Part shown: in pieces, positions 30,001-44,392 of the stretch
How positions within the stretch are numbered: position 1 is the first letter of the stretch
Layout: each line of letters begins with the position of its first letter
Assembly (NCBI GenBank): GCA_964057225.1
Contig: OZ059894.1
Span: 5,456,001-5,520,000, forward strand
Direction of reading: 5' to 3'
From: Auanema rhodensis
Lineage: Eukaryota; Animalia; Nematoda
DNA length: 64,000 nt
Notes under the pieces: generated by a model
Told to the model about the DNA's origin: nothing
What the model saw: only the letters and a program-made list of their open reading frames with translations
Databases searched by the model: none
Translations under genes and position numbers: made by a program

Positions 30001-33000
30001 ATAATGTATTCGATGCGGATTCTTAAGCTGCGTCGATCTGTGTGATCAGATTTGCGCTCACTTAAAAATGCACCGAGATATCAACTGATATAAGTTCACA
30101 CATATATCCTCGATTTTCACCCTGAAGAATTAATTTTTTCGTTGAATAACATTGTCCATCGTCTTTGCCTTGAAAAAAGGAATCTAAAAACATCTACTTT
30201 TTGTAAAATTATTTTGAACTTTTCGGGAAAATTTTTGTCAAAATGTTTTTGGAAGCAATTTTGAGTGTACATGGAAACTCAACATACACTAATGCATCAT
30301 TTTTCAAACGATCATAACTAATTTTTGTATTGGACGTTTCCCAATGTATTATAATGTATTCGATGCGGATTTTTAAGCTGCGTCGATCTGTGTGATCAGA
30401 TTTGCGCTCACTTAAAAATGCACCGAGATATCAACTGATATATGTTCTTACTTATATCCTCGATTTTCACCCTGAAGAATTAATTTTTTCGTTGAATAAC
30501 ATTGTCCATCGTCTTTGCCTTAAAAAAAGGAATCTAAAAACATCTACTTTTTGTAAAATTATTTTGAACTTTTCGGGAAAATTTTTGTCAAAATGTTTTT
30601 GGAAGCAATTTTGAGTGTACATGGAAACTCAACATACACTAATGCATCATTTTTCAAACGATCATAACTAATTTTTGTATTGGACGTTTCCCAATGTATT
30701 ATAATGTATTCGATGCGGATTTTTAAGCTGCGTCGATCTGTGTGATCAGATTTGCGCTAGCTTAAAAATGCACCGAGATATCAACTGATATAGGTTCACA
30801 CTTATATCCTCGATTTTCACCCTGAGCAATTAATTTTTTCGTTGAATAACATTGTCCATCGTCTTCGCCTTGAAAAAAAAATTTAAAAACATCTACTTTT
30901 TGTGAAATTATCTGGAAATTTTTCGGGAAAATTTTTGTCAAAAAGTTTTTGGAAGCAATTTTGAGTGTACATGGAAACTCAACATACACTTATGCATCAT
31001 TTTTCAAACGATCATAACTAATTTTTGTATTCAGCGTTTTTCAATGTCACATAGTGTATTCGATGCGGATTTTTAAGTTGCGTCGATCTGTGTGATCAGA
31101 TTTGCGCTAGCTTAAAAATGCACCGAGATATCAACTGATATAGGTTCACACTTATATCCTCGATTTTCACCCTGAGCAATTAATTTTTTCGTTGAATAAC
31201 ATTGTCCATCGTCTTCGCCTTGAAAAAAAAATTTGAAAACATCTACTTTTTGTGAAATTATCTGGAAATTTTTCGGGAAAATTTTTGTCAAAATGTTTTT
31301 GGAAGCAATTTTGAGTGAACATGGAAACTCAACATACACTAATGCATCATTTTTCAAACGATCATAACTAATTTTTGTATTCAGCGTTTTTCAATGTCAC
31401 ATAGTGTATTTGATGCGGATTTTTAAGCTGCGTCGATCTGTGTGATCAGATTTGCGCTAGCTTAAAAATGCACCGAGATATCAACTGATATAGGTTCACA
31501 CTTATATCCTCGATTTTCACCCTGAGCAATTAATTTTTTCGTTGAATAACATTGTCCATCGTCTTCGCCTTGAAAAAAAAATTCAAAAACATCTACTTTT
31601 TGTGAAATTATCTGGAAATTTTTCGGGAAAATTTTTGTCAAAAAGTTTTTGGAAGCAATTTTGAGTGTACATGGAAACTCAACATACACTAATGCATCAT
31701 TTTTCAAACGATCATAACTAATTTTTGTATTGGACGTTTCCCAATGTATTATAATGTATTCGATGCGGATTCTTAAGCTGCGTCGATCTGTGTGATCAGA
31801 TTTGCGCTCACTTAAAAATGCACCGAGATATCAACTGATATAAGTTCACACATATATCCTCGATTTTCACCCTGAAGAATTAATTTTTTCGTTGAATAAC
31901 ATTGTCCATCGTCTTTGCCTTGAAAAAAGGAATCTAAAAACATCTACTTTTTGTAAAATTATTTTGAACTTTTCGGGAAAATTTTTGTCAAAATGTTTTT
32001 GGAAGCAATTTTGAGTGTACATGGAAACTCAACATACACTAATGCATCATTTTTCAAACGATCATAACTAATTTTTGTATTGGACGTTTCCCAATGTATT
32101 ATAATGTATTCGATGCGGATTCTTAAGCTGCGTCGATCTGTGTGATCAGATTTGCGCTCACTTAAAAATGCACCGAGATATCAACTGATATAAGTTCACA
32201 CATATATCCTCGATTTTCACCCTGAAGAATTAATTTTTTCGTTGAATAACATTGTCCATCGTCTTTGCCTTGAAAAAAGGAATCTAAAAACATCTACTTT
32301 TTGTAAAATTATTTTGAACTTTTCGGGAAAATTTTTGTCAAAATGTTTTTGGAAGCAATTTTGAGTGTACATGGAAACTCAACATACACTAATGCATCAT
32401 TTTTCAAACGATCATAACTAATTTTTGTATTGGACGTTTCCCAATGTATTATAATGTATTCGATGCGGATTTTTAAGCTGCGTCGATCTGTGTTATCAGA
32501 TTTGCGCTAGCTTAAAAATGCACCGAGATATCAACTGATATAGGTTCACACTTATATCCTCGATTTTCACCCTGAGCAATTAATTTTTTCGTTGAATAAC
32601 ATTGTCCATCGTCTTCGCCTTGAAAAAAAAATTTAAAAACATCTACTTTTTGTGAAATTATCTGGAAATTTTTCGGGAAAATTTTTGTCAAAAAGTTTTT
32701 GGAAGCAATTTTGAGTGTACATGGAAACTCAACATACACTTATGCATCATTTTTCAAACGATCATAACTAATTTTTGTATTCAGCGTTTTTCAATGTCAC
32801 ATAGTGTATTTGATGCGGATTTTTAAGCTGCGTCGATCTGTGTGATCAGATTTGCGCTAGCTTAAAAATGCACCGAGATATCAACTGATATAGGTTCACA
32901 CTTATATCCTCGATTTTCACCCTGAGCAATTAATTTTTTCGTTGAATAACATTGTCCATCGTCTTCGCCTTGAAAAAAAAATTCAAAAACATCTACTTTT

Positions 33001-36000
33001 TGTGAAATTATCTGGAAATTTTTCGGGAAAATTTTTGTCAAAAAGTTTTTGGAAGCAATTTTGAGTGTACATGGAAACTCAACATACACTTATGCATCAT
33101 TTTTCAAACGATCATAACTAATTTTTGTATTCAGCGTTTTTCAATGTCACATAGTGTATTCGATGCGGATTTTTAAGCTGCGTCGATCTGTGTTATCAGA
33201 TTCGCGCTAACTTAAAAATGCACCGAGATATCAACTGATATAGGTTCACACTTATATCTTCGATTTTCACCCTGAAGAATTAATTTTTTCGTTGAATAAC
33301 ATTGTCCATCGTCTTCGCCTTGAAAAAAAAATCTAAAAACATCTACTTTTTGTGAAATTATTTTGAAATTTTTCAGGAAAATTTTTGTCAAAATGTTTTT
33401 GGAAGCAATGTTGAGTGTACATGGAAACTCAACATACACTTATGCATCATTTTTCAAACGATCATAACTAATTTTTGTATTCAGCGTTTCTCAATGTCAC
33501 ATAGTGTATTCGATGCGGATTTTTAAGCTGCGTCGATCTGTGTGATCAGATTTGCGCTAGCTTAAAAATGCACCGAGATATCAACTGATATAAGTTCACA
33601 CATATATCTTCGATTTTCACCCTGAAGAATTAATTTTTTCGTTGAATACCATTGTCCATCGTCTTCGCCTTAAAAGAAAAATCTAAAAACATCTACTTTT
33701 TGTGAAATTATCTGGAAATTTTTCGGGAAAATTTTTGTCAAAAAGTTTTTGGAAGCAATTTTGAGTGTACATGGAAACTCAACATACACTAATGCATCAT
33801 TTTTCAAACGATCATAACTAATTTTTGTATTGGACGTTTCCCAATGTATTATAGTGTATTCGATGCGGATTTTTAAGCTGCGTCGATCTGTGTTATCAGA
33901 TTTGCGCTCACTTAAAAATGCACCGAGATATCAACTGATATAGGTTCACACTTATATCTTCGATTTTCACCCTGAAGAATTAATTTTTTCGTTGAATAAC
34001 ATTGTCCATCGTCTTTGCCTTAAAAAAAGGAATCTAAAAACATCTACTTTTTGTTAAATTATTTTGAAATTTTTCGGGAAAATTTTTGTCAAAAAGTTTT
34101 TGGAAGCAATTTTGAGTGTACATGGAAACTCAACATACACTAATGCATCATTTTTCAAACGATCATAACTAATTTTTGTATTAAGCGTTTCTCAATGTGA
34201 CGTAGTGCATTCGATGCGGAATTTTAAGCTGCGTCGATTTGTGTTATCAGATTTGCGCTAACTTAAGAATGCACCGAGATATCAACTGATATAAGTTCAC
34301 ACATATATCCTCGATTTTCACCCTGAAGAATTAATTTTTTCGTTGAATAACATTGTCCATCGTCTTTGCCTTGAAAAAAGGAATCTAAAAACATCTACTT
34401 TTTGTAAAATTATTTTGAACTTTTCGGGAAAATTTTTGTCAAAATGTTTTTGGAAGCAATTTTGAGTGTAAATGGAAACTCAACATACACTAATGCATCA
34501 TTTTTCAAACGATCATAACTAATTTTTGTATTGGACGTTTCCCAATGTATTATAGTGTATTCGATGCGGATTTTTAAGCTGCGTCGATCTGTGTTATCAG
34601 ATTTGCGCTCACTTAAAAATGCACCGAGATATCAACTGATATAGGTTCACACTTATATCTTCGATTTTCACCCTGAAGAATTAATTTTTTCGTTGAATAA
34701 CATTGTCCATCGTCTTTGCCTTAAAAAAAGGAATCTAAAAACATCTACTTTTTGTTAAATTATTTTGAAATTTTTCGGGAAAATTTTTGTCAAAAAGTTT
34801 TTGGAAGCAATTTTGAGTGTACATGGAAACTCAACATACACTAATGCATCATTTTTCAAACAATCATAACTAATTTTTGTATTGGACGTTTCCCAATGTA
34901 TTATAGTGTATTCGATGCGGATTTTTAAGCTGCGTCGATCTGTGTTATCAGATTTGCGCTAACTTAAGAATGCACCGAGATATCAACTGATATAAGTTCA
35001 CACATATATCCTCGATTTTCACCCTGAAGAAATAATTTTTTCGTTGAATAACATTGTCCATCGTCTTTGCCTTAAAAAAAGGAATCTAAAAACATCTACT
35101 TTTTGTTAAATTATTTTGAAATTTTTCGGGAAAATTTTTGTCAAAAAGTTTTTGGAAGCAATTTTGAGTGTACATGGAAACTCAACATACACTAATGCAT
35201 CATTTTTCAAACGATCATAACTAATTTTTGTATTCAGCGTTTCTCAATGTGACGTAGTGCATTCGATGCGGAATTTTAAGCTGCGTCGATCTGTGTTATC
35301 AGATTTGCGCTAACTTAAGAATGCACCGAGATATCAACTGATATAAGTTCACACATATATCCTCGATTTTCACCCTGAAGAATTAATTTTTTCGTTGAAT
35401 AACATTGTCCATCGTCTTCGCCTTGAAAAAAGGAATCTAAAAACATCTACTTTTTGTTAAATTATTTTGAAATTTTTCGGGAAAATTTTTGTCAAAATGT
35501 TTTTGGAAGCAATTTTGAGTGTACATGGAAACTCAACATACACTAATGCATCATTTTTCAAACGATCATAACTAATTTTTGTATTGGACGTTTCCCAATG
35601 TATTATAGTGTATTCGATGCGGATTTTTAAGCTGCGTCGATCTGTGTTATCAGATTTGCGCTAACTTAAGAATGCACCGAGATATCAACTGATATAAGTT
35701 CACACATATATCCTCGATTTTCACCCTGAAGAATTAATTTTTTCGTTGAATAACATTGTCCATCGTCTTCGCCTTGAAAAAAGGAATCTAAAAACATCTA
35801 CTTTTTGTGAAATTATCTGGAAATTTTTCGGGAAAATTTTTGTCAAAATGTTTTTGGAAGCAATTTTGAGTGTACATGGAAACTCAACATACACTTATGC
35901 ATCATTTTTCAAACGATCATAACTAATTTTTGTATTGGACGTTTCCCAATGTATTATAGTGTATTCGATGCGGATTTTTAAGCTGCGTCGATCTGTGTTA

Positions 36001-39000
36001 TCAGATTTGCGCTAACTTAAGAATGCACCGAGATATCAACTGATATAGGTTCACACTTATATCTTCGATTTTCACCCTGAAGAATCAATTTTTTCGTTGA
36101 ATAACATTGTCCATCGTCTTCGCCTCAAAAAAAAAATCTAAAAACATCTACTTTTTGTGAAATTATCTGGAAATTTTTCGGGAAAATTTTTGTCAAAAAG
36201 TTTTTGGAAGCAATTTTGAGTGTACATGGAAACTCAACATACACTAATGCATCATTTTTCAAACAAACATAACTAATTTTTGTATTGGACGTTTCCCAAT
36301 GTCACATAGTGTATTCGATGCGGATTTTTAAGCTGCGTCGATCTGTGTGATCAGATTTGCGCTAGCTTAAAAATGCACCGAGATATCAACTGATATAGGT
36401 TCACACTTATATCCTCGATTTTCACCCTGAGCAATTAATTTTTTCGTTGAATAACATTGTCCATCGTCTTCGCCTTGAAAAAAAAATTTAAAAACATCTA
36501 CTTTTTGTGAAATTATCTGGAAATTTTTCGGGAAAATTTTTGTCAAAAAGTTTTTAGAAGCAATTTTGAGTGTACATGGAAACTCAACATACACTTATGC
36601 ATCATTTTTCAAACGATCATAACTAATTTTTGTATTCAGCGTTTTTCAATGTCACATAGTGTATTCGATGCGGATTTTTAAGCTGCGTCGATCTGTGTGA
36701 TCAGATTTGCGCTAGCTTAAAAATGCACCGAGATATCAACTGATATAGGTTCACACTTATATCCTCGATTTTCACCCTGAGCAATTAATTTTTTCGTTGA
36801 ATAACATTGTCCATCGTCTTCGCCTTGAAAAAAAAATTTAAAAACATCTACTTTTTGTGAAATTATCTGGAAATTTTTCGGGAAAATTTTTGTCAAAAAG
36901 TTTTTGGAAGCAATTTTGAGTGTACATGGAAACTCAACATACACTTATGCATCATTTTTCAAACGATCATAACTAATTTTTGTATTCAGCGTTTTTCAAT
37001 GTCACATAGTGTATTCGATGCGGATTTTCAAGCTGCGTCGATCTGTGTGATCAGATTTGCGCTAGCTTAAAAATGCACCGAGATATCAACTGATATAGGT
37101 TCACACTTATATCCTCGATTTTCACCCTGAGCAATTAATTTTTTCGTTGAATAACATTGTCCATCGTCTTCGCCTTGAAAAAAAAATTTAAAAACATCTA
37201 CTTTTTGTGAAATTATCTGGAAATTTTTCGGGAAAATTTTTGTCAAAAAGTTTTTGGAAGCAATTTTGAGTGTACATGGAAACTCAACATACACTTATGC
37301 ATCATTTTTCAAACGTTCATAACTAATTTTTGTATTCAGCGTTTTTCAATGTCACATAGTGTATTCGATGCGGATTTTTAAGCTGCGTCGATTTGTGTTA
37401 TCAGATTTGCGCTAACTTAAGAATGCACCGAGATATCAACTGATATAAGTTCACACATATATCCTCGATTTTCACCCTGAAGAATTAATTTTTTCGTTGA
37501 ATAACATTGTCCATCGTCTTTGCCTTGAAAAAAGGAATCTAAAAACATCTACTTTTTGTAAAATTATTTTGAACTTTTCGGGAAAATTTTTGTCAAAATG
37601 TTTTTGGAAGCAATTTTGAGTGTACATGGAAACTCAACATACACTAATGCATCATTTTTCAAACGATCATAACTAATTTTTGTATTCAGCGTTTCTCAAT
37701 GTCACATAGTGTATTCGATGCGGATTTTTAAGCTGCGTCGATCTGTGTTATCAGATTTGCGCTAGCTTAAAAATGCACCGAGATATCAACTGATATAGGT
37801 TCACACTTATATCTTCGATTTTCACCCTGAAGAATTAATTTTTTCGTTGAATAACATTGTCCATCGTCTTTGCCTTAAAAAAAGGAATCTAAAAACATCT
37901 ACTTTTTGTGAAATTATCTGGAAATTTTTCGGGAAAATTTTTGTCAAAATGTTTTTGGAAGCAATTTTGAGTGTACATGGAAACTCAACATACATTAATG
38001 CATTATTTTTCAAACGATCATAACTAATTTTTGTATTCAGCGTTTCTCAATGTCACATAGTGTATTCGATGCGGATTTTTAAGCTGCGTCGATCTGTGTT
38101 ATCAGATTTGCGCTAGCTTAAAAATGCACCGAGATATCAACTGATATAGGTTCACACTTATATCTTCGATTTTCACCCTGAAGAATCAATTTTTTCGTTG
38201 AATAACATTGTCCATCGTCTTCGCCTCAAAAAAAAAATCTAAAAACATCTACTTTTTGTGAAATTATCTGGAAATTTTTCGGGAAAATTTTTGTCAAAAT
38301 GTTTTTGGAAGCAATTTTGAGTGTACATGGAAACTCAACATACACTAATGCATCATTTTTCAAACGATCATAACTAATTTTTGTATTCAGCGTTTTTCAA
38401 TGTCATATAGTGTATTCGATGCGGATTTTTAAGCTGCGTCGATCTGTGTGATCAGATTTGCGCTAACTTAAAAATGCACCGAGATATCAACTGATATAGG
38501 TTCACACTTATATCTTCGATTTTCACCCTGAGCAATTAATTTTTTCGTTGAATAACATTGTCCATCGTCTTCGCCTTGAAAAAAAAATTTAAAAACATCT
38601 ACTTTTTGTGAAATTATCTGGAAATTTTTCGGGAAAATTTTTGTCAAAAAGTTTTTGGAAGCAATTTTGAGTGTACATGGAAACTCAACATACACTAATT
38701 CATCATTTTTCAAACAATCATAACTAATTTTTGTATTCAGCGTTTTTCAATGTCATATAGTGTATTCGATGCGGATTTTTAAGCTGCGTCGATCTGTGTG
38801 ATCAGATTTGCGCTAACTTAAAAATGCACCGAGATATCAACTGATATAGGTTCACACTTATATCTTCGATTTTCACACTGCAAAATTAATTTTTTCGTTG
38901 AATAACATTGTCCATCGTCTTTGCCTTGAAAAAAGGAATCTAAAAACATCTACTTTTTGTGAAATTATCTGGAAATTTTTCGGGAAAATTTTTGTCAAAA

Positions 39001-42000
39001 AGTTTTTGGAAGCAATTTCGAGTGTACATGGAAACTCAACATACACTAATGCATTATTTTTCAAACGATCATAACTAATTTTTGTATTCAGCGTTTCTCA
39101 ATGTCACATAGTGTATTCGATGCGGATTTTTAAGCTGCGTCGATCTGTGTGATCAGATGTGCGCTAACTTAAAAATGCACCGAGATATCAACTGATATAA
39201 GTTCACACATATATCTTCGATTTTCACCCTGAAGAATTAATTTTTTTGTTGAATACCATTGTCCATCGTCTTCGCCTTAAAAGAAAAATCTAAAAACATC
39301 TACTTTTTGTGAAATTATCTAGAAATTTTTCGGGAAAATTTTTGTCAAAAGGTTTTGGAAGCAATTTTGAGTGTACATGGAAACTCAACATACACTTATG
39401 CATCATTTTTCAAACGATCATAACTAATTTTTGTATTAAGCGTTTCTCAATGTGACGTAGTGTATTCGATGCGGATTTTTAAGCTGCGTCGATCTGTGTT
39501 ATCAGATTTGCGCTAACTTAAAAATGCACCGAGATATTAACTGATATAAGTTCACACTTATATCTTCGATTTTCACCCTGAAGAATTAATTTTTTCGTTG
39601 AATAACATTGTCCATCGTCTTCGCCTCGAAAAAAAAATCTAAAAACATCTACTTTTTGTGAAATTATCTGGAAATTTTTCGGGAAAATTTTTGTCAAAAT
39701 GTTTTTGGAAGCAATGTTGAGTGTAATGGAAACTCAACATACACTAATGCATCATTTTTCAAACGATCATAACTAATTTTTGTATTCAGCGTTTCTCAAT
39801 GTCACATAGTGCATTCGATGCGGAATTTTAAGCTGCGTCGATTTGTGTTATCAGATTTGCGCTAGCTTGAAAATGCACCGAGATATCAACTGATATAGGT
39901 TCACACTTATATCTTCGATTTTCACCCTGAAGAATTAATTTTTTCGTTGAATAACATTGTCCATCGTCTTCGCCTCGAAAAAAAAATCTAAAAACATCTA
40001 CTTTTTGTGAAATTATCTGGAAATTTTTCGGGAAAATTTTTGTCAAAATGTTTTTGGAAGCAATGTTGAGTGTAATGGAAACTCAACATACACTAATGCA
40101 TCATTTTTCAAACGATCATAACTAATTTTTGTATTCAGCGTTTCTCAATGTCACATAGTGTATTCGATGCGGATTTTTAAGCTGCGTCGATCTGTGTGAT
40201 CAGATGTGCGCTAACTTAAAAATGCACCGAGATATCAACTGATATAAGTTCACACATATATCTTCGATTTTCACCCTGAAGAATTAATTTTTTCGTTGAA
40301 TACCATTGTCCATCGTCTTCGCCTTAAAAGAAAAATCTAAAAACATCTACTTTTTGTGAAATTATCTAGAAATTTTTCGGGAAAATTTTTGTCAAAAAGT
40401 TTTTGGAAGCAATTTTGAGTGTACATGGAAACTCAACATACACTAATGCATCATTTTTCAAACGATCATAACTAATTTTTGTATTAAGCGTTTCTCAATG
40501 TGACGTAGTGTATTCGATGCGGATTTTTAAGCTGCGTCGATCTGTGTTATCAGATTTGCGCTAACTTAAAAATGCACCGAGATATTAACTGATATAAGTT
40601 CACACTTATATCTTCGATTTTCACCCTGAAGAATTAATTTTTTCGTTGAATAACATTGTCCATCGTCTTCGCCTCGAAAAAAAAATCTAAAAACATCTAC
40701 TTTTTGTAAAATTATCTGGAAATTTTTCGGGAAAATTTTTGTCAAAATGTTTTTGGAAGCAATGTTGAGTGTAATGGAAACTCAACATACACTAATGCAT
40801 CATTTTTCAAACGATCATAACTAATTTTTGTATTCAGCGTTTCTCAATGTCACATAGTGCATTCGATGCGGAATTTTAAGCTGCGTCGATTTGTGTTATC
40901 AGATTTGCGCTAGCTTGAAAATGCACCGAGATATCAACTGATATAGGTTCACACTTATATCTTCAATTTTCACCCTGAAGAATTAATTTTTTCGTTGAAT
41001 AACATTGTCCATCGTCTTCGCCTCGAAAAAAAAATCTAAAAACATCTACTTTTTGTGAAATTATCTGGAAATTTTTCGGGAAAATTTTTGTCAAAATGTT
41101 TTTGGAAGCAATGTTGAGTGTAATGGAAACTCAACATACACTAATGCATCATTTTTCAAACGATCATAACTAATTTTTGTATTAAGCGTTTCTCAATGTG
41201 ACGTAGTGTATTCGATGCGGATTTTTAAGCTGCGTCGATCTGTGTTATCAGATTTGCGCTAACTTAAAAATGCACCGAGATATTAACTGATATAAGTTCA
41301 CACTTATATCTTCGATTTTCACCCTGAAGAATTAATTCTTCGTTGAATAACATTGTCCATCGTCTTCGCCTTGAAAAAAAAATCTAAAAACATCTACTTT
41401 TTGTGAAATTATCTGGAAATTTTTCGGGAAAATTTTTGTCAAAAAGTTTTTGGAAGCAATTTTGAGTGTACATGGAAACTCAACATACACTAATGCATCA
41501 TTTTTCAAACGATCATAACTAATTTTTGTATTGAGGATTTCTTACTGTAGTATAGTGCATTCGATGCGGATTTTTAAGCTGCGTCGATCTGTGTTATCAG
41601 ATTTGCGCTAACTTAAAAATGCACCGAGATATCAACTGATATAGGTTCACACTTATATCTTCGATTTTCACCCTGAAGAATTAATTTTTTCGTTGAATAA
41701 CATTGTCCATCGTCTTCGCCTTGAAAAAAAAATCTAAAAACATCTACTTTTTGTGAAATTATCTGGAAATTTTTCGGGAAAATTTTTGTCAAAAAGTTTT
41801 TGGAAGCAATTTTGAGTGTACATGGAAACTCAACATACACTAATGCATCATTTTTCAAACGATCATAACTAATTTTTGTATTAAGCGTTTCTCAATGTGA
41901 CGTAGTGCATTCGATGCGGAATTTTAAGCTGCGTCGATCTGTGTTATCAGATTTGCGCTAACTTAAAAATGCACCGAGATATTAACTGATATAAGTTCAC

Positions 42001-44068
42001 ACATATATCCTCGATTTTCACCCTGAAGAATTAATTTTTTCGTTGAATAACATTGTCCATCGTCTTCGCCTTGAAAAAAGGAATCTAAAAACATCTACTT
42101 TTTGTAAAATTATTTTGAACTTTTCGGGAAAATTTTTGTCAAAATGTTTGTGGAAGCAATTTTGAGTGTACATGGAAACTCAACATACACTAATGCATCA
42201 TTTTTCAAACGATCATAACTAATTTTTGTATTCAGCGTTTTTCAATGTCACATAGTGTATTCGATGCGGATTTTTAAGCTGCGTCGATCTGTGTGATCAG
42301 ATTTGCGCTAGCTTAAAAATGCACCGAGATATCAACTGATATAGGTTCACACTTATATCCTCGATTTTCACCCTGCAAAATTAATTTTTTCGTTGAATAA
42401 CATTGTCCATCGTCTTCGCCTTGAAAAAAAAATCTAAAAACATCTACTTTTTGTGAAATTATCTCGAAATTTTTCGGGAAAATTTTTGTCAAAAAGTTTT
42501 TGGAAGCAATTTTGAGTGTACATGGAAACTCAACATACACTAATGCATCATTTTTCAAACGATCATAACTAATTTTTGTATTGGACGTTTCCCAATGTAT
42601 TATAGTGTATTCGATGCGGATTTTTAAGCTGCGTCGATCTGTGTTATCAGATTTGCGCTAACTTAAAAATGCACCGAGATATCAACTGATATAAGTTCAC
42701 ACATATATCCTCGATTTTCACCCTGAAGAATTAATTTTTTCGTTGAATAACATTGTCCATCGTCTTCGCCTTGAAAAAAGGAATCTAAAAACATCTACTT
42801 TATGTAAAATTATTTTGAACTTTTCGGGAAATTTTTGTCAAAATGTTTGTGGAAGCAATTTTGAGTGTACATGGAAACTCAACATACACTAATGCATCAT
42901 TTTTCAAACGATCATAACTAATTTTTGTATTCAGCGTTTTTCAATGTCACATAGTGTATTCGATGCGGATTTTTAAGCTGCGTCGATCTGTGTTATCAGA
43001 TTTGCGCTAACTTAAAAATGCACCGAGATATCAACTGATATAGGTTCACACTTATATCCTCGATTTTCACCCTACAAAATTAATTTTTTCGTTGAATAAC
43101 ATTGTCCATCGTCTTCGCCTTGAAAAAAAAATCTAAAAACATCTACTTTTTGTGAAATTATTTTGAAATTTTTCAGGAAAATTTTTGTCAAAATGTTTTT
43201 GGAAGCAATGTTGAGTGTACATGAAAACTCAACATACACTTATGCATCATTTTTCAAACGATCATAACTAATTTTTGTATTCAGCGTTTTTCAATGTCAC
43301 ATAGTGTATTCGATGCGGATTTTTAAGCTGCGTCGATCTGTGTGATCAGATTTGCGCTAACTTAAAAATGCACCGAGATATCAACTGATATAAGTTCACA
43401 CATATATCTTCGATTTTCACCCTGAAGAATTAATTTTTTCGTTGAATAACATTGTCCATCGTCTTCGCCTTGAAAAAAAAATTTAAAAACATCTACTTTT
43501 TGTGAAATTATTTTGAAATTTTTCAGGAAAATTTTTGTCAAAATGTTTTTGGAAGCAATGTTGAGTGTACATGAAAACTCAACATACACTTATGCATCAT
43601 TTTTCAAACGATCATAACTAATTTTTGTATTCAGCGTTTCTGAATGTCACATAATGTATTCGATGCGGATTTTTAAGCTGCGTCGATCTGTGTTATCAGA
43701 TTTGCGCTAACTTAAAAATGCACCGAGATATCAACTGATATAAGTTCACACATATATCTTCGATTTTCACCCTGAAGAATTAATTTTTTCGTTGAATAAC
43801 ATTGTCCATCGTCTTCGCCTTGAAAAAAAAATCTAAAAACATCTACTTTTTGTGAAATTATTTTGAAATTTTTCAGGAAAATTTTTGTCAAAATGTTTTT
43901 GGAAGCAATGTTGAGTGTACATGAAAACTCAACATACACTTATGCATCATTTTTCAAACGATCATAACTAATTTTTGTATTCAGCGTTTCTGAATGTCAC
44001 ATAATGTATTCGATGCGGATTTTTAAGCTGCGTCGATCTGTGTTATCAGATTTGCGCTAACTTAAGAA

Positions 44069-44392
44069 TGCACCGAGATATCAACTGATATATGTTCACA
44101 CTTATATCTTCGATTTTCACCCTGAAGAATTAATTTTTTCGTTGAATAACATTGTCCATCGTCTTCGCCTTGAAAAAAAAATCTAAAAACATCTACTTTT
44201 TGTGAAATTATCTCGAAATTTTTCGGGAACAATTTTGAGTGTACATGGAAACTCAACATACACTTATGCATCATTTTTCAAACGATCATAACTAATTTTT
44301 GTATTGGACGTTTCCCAATGTATTATAGTGTATTCGATGCGGATTTTTAAGCTGCGTCGATCTGTGTTATCAGATTTGCGCTAACTTAAAAA
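44069..44392. repeat. 324-bp satellite monomer with a 26-bp internal deletion
   Basis: TTTCGGGAA|CAATTTTGAG (junction 44229/44230) lacks AATTTTTGTCAAAA(A/T)GTTTTTGGAAG present in normal monomers. Confidence 0.95.

Noticed and set aside
30402-30614. Plus-strand 70 aa ORF
   Set aside because: Chance loss of stops in one satellite monomer.
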